The position numbers were made by a program, and so were the translations under genes. Under the pieces are notes generated by a model that saw nothing but the letters and a program-made list of their open reading frames with translations, was not told the origin of the DNA and ran no database searches. Positions 18,620 to 28,157 of a DNA stretch of 64,000 nucleotides are shown piece after piece. The DNA lies in assembly GCA_963733375.1 (NCBI GenBank), contig CAVTDB010000016.1, positions 21,604 through 85,603 on the forward strand. Direction: 5' to 3'. The DNA comes from Nitrospirota bacterium. Lineage in GTDB: Bacteria; Nitrospirota; JACRHJ01. The first letter of the stretch is position 1. Every line of letters starts with the position of its first letter.

Positions 18620-20212
18620 ATGCCGGAAAATATCCTGATTTCAAAAATTAGAAAGGCCATAGCCTCTCACAAAATGTTTGAGGCGGGCGATACCGTGGCC
18701 TGCGCGGTCTCCGGCGGCCCGGACTCCGTTGCCATGCTTCACGGACTCCTGGAGCTTAAGGATGCCTTAGGCATCTCGCTTGCCGTCGCCCATCTGGACC
18801 ACGGCTTCAGGGATGAATCAGCCGCGGAGGCGGAGTTTGTCAGGCGGATGGCCGAATCTCTCGGCCTGCCTTTTTATACCGAAAAGGCGGGTCTTAAGGA
18901 ACTGCTGGCCGGGCTGTCGGTGAACAGGCAGGCGGCGGCCAGGCAGGCGCGTTACGATTTTCTGGAGCGGGCGGCGGACGTGCTTTTTGCTGATAAAATC
19001 GCCGTGGCCCATACCGCCGACGACCAGGCGGAGACGGTCCTGATGCGGCTTATCCGCGGCTCCGGCATGTCGGGCCTGGCGGGTATTCCGCCCGTGCGGA
19101 CGATTCGATCGTCCGGGAGGGCCGGCTGAGCCGGGCGGGGGCCGGGCGGGCGGGCGCGGGGGGTGGTCAGGCCGCTTATATATGTTTCGCGGTCCGAGGT
19201 GGAGCGCTACCTTTCGGAAAGTAATATAGCCAGCGTCACCGACCCGTCCAACCTGAAAAACGTGTACCTGCGTAACCGCATCCGGCTGGAGCTTCTGCCC
19301 GTCCTCGGCACGTATAACCCGCGCGTCCTGGAAGCGCTGGCCCGCTCGGCGGAGCTCCTGCAGGCGGACGAAGAGTTCCTGGAGGGCCGCGCGCGTGAGA
19401 TGATGGAATCAATTGTCGCGCGGCGGGAAAAGGACCACTCGACCGGCTTAAGACGTATCGAGCTCAATCTGGACGAATTCGACAAGCTCCCCGAGGCGAT
19501 GAGGCGGCGCGTCGTCAGGCTCGCGGTGGAAGACGTCAAAGGGGACGTGCTGGGACTTTCATACGGGCATGTGACAGACGCCGTGCGCGATATTTACGAA
19601 GGCCCCACCGGCCGGGGGGTAGACCTGCCCGGCGGCGTGAGATTGGAGAGAAGCTATAAAAAACTTTTGATATACTTCCCGGAAGAGGGGATTTCTTTCA
19701 GCGTCCCCCTGCCCTTGCCGGGAGAGGGCACAGGCCACATCACGCGCGGAAGTGCCGGAAGCCGGGCTTACAGTGGAGGCGGAAATAGTGTCCGGGGCCT
19801 CTGCAGTTGTAGGGCGCGACGCCGGGGCACCCGCTCGCGGGTCGAACGCGCCGGATAATTTGCGCTTTTTGACTTGGATAAGATGGACGGGCCGCTTGTC
19901 GTCAGGAGCCGCAGGCCGGGCGACTTTTTCTACCCCGCCGGGATGGAAGGGAGAAAAAAGCTCAAAGAGTTTTTCATCGATTTAAAGCTGCCGAGGGTGG
20001 AGAGGGCGCGCGTGCCGCTTCTGGAATGCGCGGGAGAGATAGCCTGGGTGATGGGCTACAGGCAGGACAGGAGATTTATCATAGGGCCGGAACCAAAAAG
20101 ATTAATTAAAATAAGTTTTACTTACAACCGTCATTCCCGCGACGGCGGGAATCGGAATTTAACCCTGTCCCGACTAAGGCGTTCGGGGATGACGGAATGT
20201 CGGATACAGTAA
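18620..20212 (+). CDS. tilS: tRNA(Ile) lysidine synthetase (several frameshifts)
   Basis: [27 protein letters not shown]...RNRIR, C-terminal KKLKEFFID...R.RVP. Confidence 0.93.
20128..20195. repeat. GTCATTCCCGC-type REP element inside the 3' end of tilS
   Basis: CCGTCATTCCCGCGACGGCGGGAAT...GGGGATGACGG, terminal inverted repeat plus inner hairpins. Confidence 0.7.
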
Positions 20213-20245
20213 TAATTTATTCAACATTAGTTTTTGGAGGCACAG

Positions 20246-20788
20246 ATGCCAAATTACGGCAAGCCGGTATTTTCAAAGTCGGAAATCCAGAAGAGGGTCC
20301 AGGACCTGGGCGAGAAGATTTCAAAAGACTATAAAGGAGAAGACCTCCTGCTGGTCGGGGTTATGAAAGGCGCGTTCATCTTCATGGCCGATTTAGCCCG
20401 CGCGATCCACATCCCCGTTTCCATAGACTACATCGGTCTTTCAGCATTCCACTCGCGCTCCAAGGGCAGGGGCGCGGTCCGGATATCGTCCGACTTGAAC
20501 GAGAACATATCGGGGAAGAACGTCCTCATTGTCGAGGACATCATAAACAGCGGCCTGACCATGGCATATGTCGTCAATAACCTGAAGGCGCGCGAACCGA
20601 AGAGCATCAGGGTGTGCACCCTGTTCGACAAGACCGACAAGCGCAGAAACGATTTCCGCCCGGATTACGTCGGCTTCCCAATCCCCAATATCTATATTAT
20701 CGGCTATGGAATGGACTACAAGGACCAGTACAGGAACCTGCCATACATCGCGACGCTCGGAGACGACGGGGAGACGCAGGTTAAATAA
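20246..20788 (+). CDS. hpt: Hypoxanthine phosphoribosyltransferase (variant active site)
   Basis: GVMKG, VLIVEDII, GYGMDY...YRNLPYI; position after tilS. Confidence 0.9.
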   Translation: MPNYGKPVFSKSEIQKRVQDLGEKISKDYKGEDLLLVGVMKGAFIFMADLARAIHIPVSIDYIGLSAFHSRSKGRGAVRISSDLNENISGKNVLIVEDIINSGLTMAYVVNNLKAREPKSIRVCTLFDKTDKRRNDFRPDYVGFPIPNIYIIGYGMDYKDQYRNLPYIATLGDDGETQVK

Positions 20789-20800
20789 ATCAGTCGGGTA

Positions 20801-20870
20801 TTCTGTCTTCGCTATCGCTCTGGACAGGTAAGTCTTTTCTGTCTTCGCTATCGCTCTGGACAGGTAAGTC
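20801..20870 (+). repeat. Repeat family A, two tandem copies with 36-bp period
   Basis: TTCTGTCTTCGCTATCGCTCTGGACAGGTAAGTC at 20801-20834 and 20837-20870. Confidence 0.92.
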
Positions 20871-20872
20871 TC

Positions 20873-22299
20873 TTAATCCTCGACTTCCTGCTCCATGCAA
20901 ACCTCGCTCATTTCGAGCGAAACTTCGGGTAAATAACCCGTGGCCGGCATTACTTCATTTTTCTTGCGACCAGGAATCCCCTTCGTCTGGCAAACCTCAA
21001 GGAATATCTCAACCAGTTCCGGGTCGAACTGGCTCCCCGCACAATATTTCAGCTCCTGAATGGCGTTGTCAATGCCTATGGACGGTCTGTACGGCCTGTC
21101 TTCCGTCATGGTGTCGAAGGAGTCCGCGATGCAGAGCGCCCTCGCCATCAGAGGGATTTCCGTTCCCTTAAGGCCCGCCGGATAACCCCCGCCGTCCCAG
21201 CGCTCGTGGTGGTGGCGCACCGCCGGGAGGATGTCGTCCATATCGTTAATCGGCGCCAGTATCTCGCAGCCACGGTCGGGATGTTTCTTTATAAGCTCGT
21301 GTTCCTCCGGCGTCAGTTTCTCCGTCTTGTCCAGGAGCGCGTCGTAGGTGCCTATCTTGCCTATATCATGCAGTAGCCCGGCAAGGCGTATCCGCTCTAT
21401 AGTCGCGGCTCCAGGCCCAGTTTCTCCCCAATCGACGCCGCGTACTCCGCCACCCGCTCGGAATGTCCTTTCGTCCAGGGGCTTTTCGCGTCGATGGCGG
21501 AGGACAGCGCGTGGGTAATGTTCATCGAGAGGCTCTCCAGTTCGCTTATAAGCTTGGTGTTTTTAAGGGCCACCGCAAGCTGGCGGGCCACCCCTTTTAA
21601 AAGGCGCAGGTCGGACGGGGAAGGCAGCACGTCGGGCGGCGTGTAAAAAGTCATAATACCAAGGACCATGCCTTCCGATTTTATAGGTATTATGATATGC
21701 CCGTGAGGTTTCATCCCCGGATAATGCACCGTGTGCGCCATGTCTTTCATGCAGTTAAGCGATATTAGGGATTTGCCCTCCGCCGCGGCCTTGCCGCAGA
21801 GGCAGTGCCCGAACCGGATGACGGTCTCTTCTTTTGCCAGCGCGTCGTGCAGGTTTACGGACGCGGCCATCCTGAGGGTGCGGCTTCCTTCTTTTTCCAC
21901 TACGAAGATCGCCCCTCTCCTCACCACGCTCAGGAAATGAAGGTTCAGCACCTCCCGTAGCGCGTCCCCCAGCATCTTTTCCCGGTCTTTGTTTTTCGAG
22001 ATTATCATGGATATCGAATTAATCGCGGAAAGCTCGCGGTTCCTCCGGATTATCTCTTTTTTCTTCCTTTCGTCGTCATCGCGCACCTTGCCTATCGCCG
22101 CCCCGGTGAACGAAAGGACGGCGATAGCCCCAATGAGAAAAAATTTTATGGCAGCCGAACTGTCGTTGGCTAAGACGGATGGGAAGAAGGTATTGAGCAG
22201 GGAATAGAAAACAGAACCGGTAGCGCCGATAGCGGCGCCGCCAAGGGCAAACCTCACGGGGAGGCCCAATCTTAATTCCAGGGTTTTACTTAGTTTCAT
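20873..22299 (-). CDS. Membrane-anchored GAF + HD-GYP c-di-GMP phosphodiesterase (frameshift about 21400)
   Basis: 2 TM, GAF (CLCG), HSERV, LLHDIGK, HHERWDGGGYP, DSFD; promoter TTGACA-N17-TAAATT at 22359-22331. Confidence 0.9.
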
Positions 22300-22447
22300 G
22301 TATTACTTTTGTTTTTTCTTTGACCAGTTCAATTTACTATAACAAAAAGATGCTGTCAACCTAAAAGCTTGTCTTATTTTGTATTGTTTATGAACCCGCG
22401 ATATGTTATATTTTATTGTTAAATCGTGTGAATTTGACGGAGGTTTA

Positions 22448-24350
22448 ATGAACTCGAACTATAAAGAACATTTCCTTAATACTTGTCCTCATCCTCTCGA
22501 TGGTCCTGGTATACCACCTTTTCTCCTCTCCACAGAAGCAGGAAAAGGAATTGATATACTCGGATTTCCTCGCCAAGGTGCAGACTTCCGACGTGACCGA
22601 CGTCGTCCTGAAAGAGGACGAACAGGGTATCGAGATCGCCGGGAAACTCAAAACCGGCGAGAATTTCAAGTCTTTCGCCCCCAAGGACCCGCAGCTCATC
22701 CCGATGCTCCAGTCCAAGGGGGTGCGGATAACGGCGAAGAAGGTGGAAGCGAATCCATGGTACTCGCAGATCCTGTTCTTCTGGGCCCCCATAGTCCTGA
22801 TGATATTCTTCTGGATATTCATCATGCGGCAGATGCAGATGGGCGGCAACAAGGCCATGGCCTTCGGCAAGAGCCGGGCCAAGCTCCTGACCGAGAGCAC
22901 GAAGAAGGTGACCTTTGCCGACGTCGCCGGGATAGAGGAGCCCAAGGAAGAGCTGCACGAGATAATCGAGTACCTGAAGGACCCGCAGAAGTTCCAGAGG
23001 CTGGGCGGCCGGATCCCTAAAGGCGTGCTTCTGGTCGGACCTCCCGGAACGGGCAAAACCCTTCTCGCGAAGGCCATTGCCGGAGAGGCGGACGTCCCCT
23101 TCTTCTCCATATCCGGCTCGGACTTCGTCGAGATGTTCGTCGGCGTCGGGGCTTCCCGCGTGCGTGACCTCTTCGAGCAGGGCAAGAAGAACGCCCCATG
23201 CATCATATTCATCGACGAGCTTGACGCGGTCGGACGGCACAGGGGCGCGGGGCTCGGCGGCGGGCATGACGAGCGCGAGCAGACCTTGAACCAGCTCCTT
23301 GTCGAGATGGACGGCTTCGAGTCTAACGAAGGCGTCATACTTATCTCCGCCACGAACAGGCCGGACGTGCTGGACCCGGCGCTCTTAAGGCCGGGCCGCT
23401 TCGACCGCCAGGTGGTGGTGCCCCGCCCGGACATCAAGGGACGCGTGGGCATACTCGAGGTGCATACCCGCAAGGTGCCGCTGGACGCGGACGTGGACCT
23501 GGAGATTATCGCCCGCGGTACGCCGGGTTTTGCTGGCGCGGACCTTGCGAACCTCGTGAACGAGGCGGCGCTTCTGGCGGCCAGGGAGAATAAAGACAAA
23601 GTCTACATGGTCGATTTCGAACACGCCAAGGACAAGGTCATGATGGGCATCGAGAGGAAGAGCATGGTGCTCTCCGACCAGGAAAAGAAAAATACGGCCT
23701 ACCACGAGGCGGGGCATACGCTTTCCGCGCTGCTGACTCCCCGCACGGACCCGATACACAAAGTTACCATTATCCCGCGCGGGCGCGCCCTGGGCCTTAC
23801 CATGCAGCTCCCGATAGACGAGCGATATACCTACGACCGCGAATATCTTCTCTCGCAGCTCGTCGTGCTCCTTGGCGGCCGCGTGGCGGAGGAGCTGTCC
23901 CTCGGGCATATGACCACCGGGGCCGGCAACGATCTCGAACGCGCCACGGAGCTTGCCCGGAAGATGGTCTGCGAATGGGGCATGAGCGAGAAGCTCGGGC
24001 CGCTGACATTCGGCAAGAAGGAAGAGCAGATATTCCTGGGCCGGGAGATCGCCCAGCACCGCGACTACAGCGAGCATACGGCCGTCGAGATAGACGCGGA
24101 GGTAAGGAAACTCGTAATAGAGGCATACGGACGCTCCAAGGGCATCCTGCGTGATAACGTCAAGGGCTTGAACGCCATCGCGGAGGCGCTGCTCGAAAAA
24201 GAGACTCTGGAAGGCAAAGAGGTAATCGAGATCCTTGCTTCAGTCGGGATCAGCCTGCCCGACGCGGACGCAAAAATCAAGGTCGCCGAAAAGGAAGGCT
24301 CGATATTAGCCCCGGACAACGAAGGGGGCATCAGGGAGACGGAAGGTTAA
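22448..24350 (+). CDS. ftsH: ATP-dependent zinc metalloprotease FtsH (indel near start)
   Basis: [26 protein letters not shown]; GGAGG RBS before ATG 22448. Confidence 0.97.
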
Positions 24351-24351
24351 G

Positions 24352-25332
24352 GTGGAGGCTCGTTCCGGGACGGTTGCCGGAAATAAATCTTATCGCCTGA
24401 AGTTGGGAGGCCGCGTCCTCGAACTTTCCTCCAAGACGCATATCATGGGCGTCATCAACATTACGCCCGATTCCTTCTCCGACGGGGGCCGGTTTGACAG
24501 CGGGGGCCAGTTTGACAGCGGCCAGTTTGAAATCGGGGGCCGGTTCGACAAAAAACAACCTTTCCAGCCCGATTATTCGAAAGCGATAGAGGCCGCACTC
24601 CGGATGGCGGAAGAGGGCGCGGACATAATAGACGTCGGCGGGGAATCCACCAGGCCGGGGGCAAACGCCATTTCGCATGAAGAGGAAACGGCGCGGGTCC
24701 TGCCGGTTATCGAAGGCATCAGGAAGCACTCCGACATCCCCGTCTCCATAGACACCTTCAAATCCGCCACAGCCCTTGCGGCGCTCACAGCCGGGGCCTC
24801 CATAATAAACGACATAAGCGGCCTCACCTTCGACCCTGATATGGCCGGGGCCGCGGCAAAAACCGGCGCGGCCATAATAATAATGCACATAAAAGGCACG
24901 CCCGCGGATATGCAGGCCGACCCGCGCTATAGCGACCTCCTGGGAGAGGTGAAGTCATATCTCCTCTCCGGCATAGACAAGGCGAAGGCCGCGGGCGTCC
25001 CCGAAGACCGGATATTGATCGACCCGGGGATAGGTTTCGGAAAGAACGCCGAACACAACCTGGAGCTTGTCGCAAGGCTTAAGGAACTGGCCGCGCTCGG
25101 CTACCCGGTGGTGCTGGGGGTATCGAGGAAGGCGTTTATTGGCAGGCTTACCGGCGGGGCGCCGGCCTCCGACAGGCTGGAGGGGACCATTGCCGCCACG
25201 GTGCTGGGCATAGCAAACGGCGCGAATATCATCAGGGTCCACGATGTAAAGGCGGCCCGCCGCGCGGCGGACGTCGCGGACGCGATATTAAAAAAAATGA
25301 GCAACCCGAAGGAGACGGAGCATTATGCTTGA
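24352..25332 (+). CDS. folP: Dihydropteroate synthase
   Basis: MGVINITPDSFSDGG, GGESTRPG, IDPGIGFGK, SRK, RVHDV. Confidence 0.96.
   Translation: MEARSGTVAGNKSYRLKLGGRVLELSSKTHIMGVINITPDSFSDGGRFDSGGQFDSGQFEIGGRFDKKQPFQPDYSKAIEAALRMAEEGADIIDVGGESTRPGANAISHEEETARVLPVIEGIRKHSDIPVSIDTFKSATALAALTAGASIINDISGLTFDPDMAGAAAKTGAAIIIMHIKGTPADMQADPRYSDLLGEVKSYLLSGIDKAKAAGVPEDRILIDPGIGFGKNAEHNLELVARLKELAALGYPVVLGVSRKAFIGRLTGGAPASDRLEGTIAATVLGIANGANIIRVHDVKAARRAADVADAILKKMSNPKETEHYA
24483..24551 (+). repeat. In-frame tandem repeat (18,18,15,18 bp) in folP
   Basis: CGGGGGCC(G/A)GTTTGACAG units encoding GGRFDS-GGQFDS-GQFEI-GGRFDK. Confidence 0.85.
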
Positions 25333-26089
25333 GGCGATAAGGGACATCCGCATGTGGGACGTGCTCGATATCCTCATCGTCTCATTTATACTTTACCGCG
25401 TGTTCCTGCTCATCAAGGGGACGCGGGCGGTGCAGATGGTGCTCGGGCTTGGAGTCCTGCTCCTCGCGCTTATATTCTCGCGCTGGGCCGGGCTATTCAC
25501 GCTGAACTGGCTGGTCCAGAGCTTCATGTCGCAGGTGGTCCTGGTAATCCTCGTGCTCTTTCAGCCGGAGCTTCGGCGCGCGCTGGCCCACATGGGGCAG
25601 AACACTCTCTTCTCGTCGCTCTCGCCTATCGAGTCTTCCAAGTTCCTGGACGAGATAGTGAAGGCGGCGGTATCCCTGGCCAACAGGCGCATCGGAGCGC
25701 TGGTCGTCCTGGAGCGGGAGACGGACCTGAGAAATATAATAGACATGGGTACGCCGCTTGAGGCGCGGGTGAGCAAGGAGCTTCTTTTAAGCATATTCCA
25801 CCCCACCTCCCCTCTGCATGACGGCGCGGTGGTGGTCCAGGAGGGCCGGATAGCCGCGGCGGGCTGCTTTCTGCCGCTCAGCATGAGCCCTACGGTAGCG
25901 AAGGAACTGGGCACGCGCCATCGGGCGGCGATCGGCTTGACCGAGGAGACGGACGCGGTCGTCATAGTCGTCTCCGAGGAGACCGGGACGATATCGATGG
26001 TGCAGGCGGGAAAGTTAGAGCGCGACCTTGACGCGGTGACGCTGAGGCGCGCCCTTACCGGGATATTCAAAACGCAGAAAAAGAATTAA
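25325..26089 (+). CDS. cdaA: Diadenylate cyclase CdaA
   Basis: 3 TM, FQPELRRAL, LHDGA, GTRHRAA. Confidence 0.95.
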   Translation: MLEAIRDIRMWDVLDILIVSFILYRVFLLIKGTRAVQMVLGLGVLLLALIFSRWAGLFTLNWLVQSFMSQVVLVILVLFQPELRRALAHMGQNTLFSSLSPIESSKFLDEIVKAAVSLANRRIGALVVLERETDLRNIIDMGTPLEARVSKELLLSIFHPTSPLHDGAVVVQEGRIAAAGCFLPLSMSPTVAKELGTRHRAAIGLTEETDAVVIVVSEETGTISMVQAGKLERDLDAVTLRRALTGIFKTQKKN

Positions 26090-26096
26090 GGCGGAA

Positions 26097-26778
26097 ATGG
26101 TCCAGCGGCTGAGACACATGGTCTTCGACAACTTCGAGATAAAGATATTCTCGCTCGTCTTCGCGCTGGTTTTGTGGCTCCATGTCTCCACGCGCGGCAC
26201 ATCCGAGGTGAATTTCATGGTGCCGCTTGAGCTTCGGGACATACCGGACCAGATGGCGGTAGTCGGGAACGTGCCGGGGCTTGTCGACATACGGGTGCAG
26301 ACGCGCGAGACGTTCCTGCAGCGGCTGACCTCCAAGGATTTCTCCGTCTTCATAAGCCTTGCCGGCGCGAAACCGGGCGAGGCGACATATACCCTTACCC
26401 CGTCCAACGTGCGCGCCCCCGGAAGCGTCAATATAGAAAGCGTCAGCCCCTCCGAGGTGCACCTGCGGCTGGAGACGCTGGCGCGGAAGACCCTTCCGGT
26501 GAGGGCGGAGCTTCACAGGGCGGCCCTTCAAGGGTTACAGCGTCCGGAAGGTCGAGACGAACCCGGCCACGGTCATGGTGGAAGGACCCGAGAACCTGGT
26601 CAGGAGGCTGGAATACGTCCAGACGGCGAAAATCGATATTAACGGCATATCCGGCAACATCGAAAAGATGGCCCCGCTCATCTCTCCGGGCGAGGGAGCC
26701 GTCAAGCTGTACGATGACAGCGTGCAGGTGGTTATAACCGTTTCCGGGAACCAGGAAATTCGGAAAGAGGAACAATGA
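26097..26778 (+). CDS. cdaR: CdaR/YbbR-like regulator (frameshift about 26520)
   Basis: [12 protein letters not shown] anchor, YbbR-like beta domains, cdaA-cdaR-glmM synteny. Confidence 0.85.
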
Positions 26779-28126
26779 GAAAACTCTTCGGCACCGACGG
26801 GATAAGGGGTACGGCGAACGTACATCCGATGACGACCGAGATGGCCATGAAGCTCGGCCGGGCGGCGGCTTACGTCTTCAGGAACGGCCGCGCCAGACAC
26901 AGGATTGTAATCGGCAAGGATACCCGCCTCTCCGGCTATATGCTGGAGTCCGCGCTTACTTCCGGCATCTGCTCGATGGGGATGGACGTCCTCCTGGTGG
27001 GGCCGCTCCCCACCCCGGGTATAGCCTTCATCACCAGGAGCCTGAGGGCGGACGCGGGCGTGGTAATATCCGCATCCCATAACCCTTACGAGGATAACGG
27101 GATCAAGTTTTTTTCCCGCGACGGCTTAAAGCTTCCGGACGAGGTCGAGGACAGGCTTGAGGAACTGATAACCTCCGGCGAGATAGACCACATCCGGCCC
27201 ACCGCCTCTGAAGTCGGCAAGGCGTTCCGGGTGGACGACGCGGTAGGGCGTTATATAGAGTTCGTAAAGAGCACGTTCCCCAAGGGGATGACCCTGGAGG
27301 GGATGAAGGTGGTGGTGGACTGCGCCAACGGCGCGGCTTACAAGGTTACCCCCTGGGTGCTGAAAGAACTGGGCGCCGAAGTATTCGTATTGCACGACAA
27401 GCCGGACGGCTCCAACATAAACGCCGGATGCGGTTCGCTGCATTCGGAGGTCATCCAGAACGCGGTCGTGGAGCAGGGTGCGGACGTGGGCATCGCCCAT
27501 GACGGCGACGCCGACCGCGTCATCTTCTGCGACGAAAAGGGCAGGGATTTCGACGGCGACAAGGTCATGGCGCTCTGCGCCATAGACATGAAGAAGCGAA
27601 AAACGCTTGCCAAAAATACCGTCGTCGCCACGGTAATGAGCAATTTGGGCCTTGAACTCGCGATGAAAAAGGCGGGGATTACCCTTATCAGGACGGCCGT
27701 CGGAGACCGGTACGTGGTGGAAGAAATGCTTAAAGACAGGGCTACAACCTGGGCGGCGAGCAGTCCGGGCATGTCGTTTTCATGGACTACAACACCACCG
27801 GCGACGGCATAATAACGGCGCTTCAGGTCCTCTCCATAATGAAGCGCACCGGGAAAAAACTCTCCGCCTTAGGAAAGGTAATGACTACCTACCCGCAGGT
27901 GCTCGTTAATGTAAAAGTGCGGGAAAAGAAGGAAATCATGGACGTCCCCGCCCTGGCGGAAATCGTGCGGGCCGCGCAGGCTTCGCTTGACGGGACGGGG
28001 AGACTCCTGATAAGATACTCCGGTACCGAGCCTAAGCTTCGGATAATGGCCGAGGGGAGCGACAAGCTTCATATAGAAAACCTGGTGCGTGATATAGCCG
28101 ACGCGGTTTTCAAAGAGTTGGGCTGA
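26775..28126 (+). CDS. glmM: Phosphoglucosamine mutase (frameshift about 27740)
   Basis: [28 protein letters not shown]. Confidence 0.95.
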
Positions 28127-28157
28127 ACTTTTATTTCCCAAGAGTTTTAAGAGCATT

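Noticed and set aside
20801-20870. Mini CRISPR array (36-bp period, palindromic unit)
   Set aside because: No spacer between copies, no cas genes, and other copies are dispersed singly
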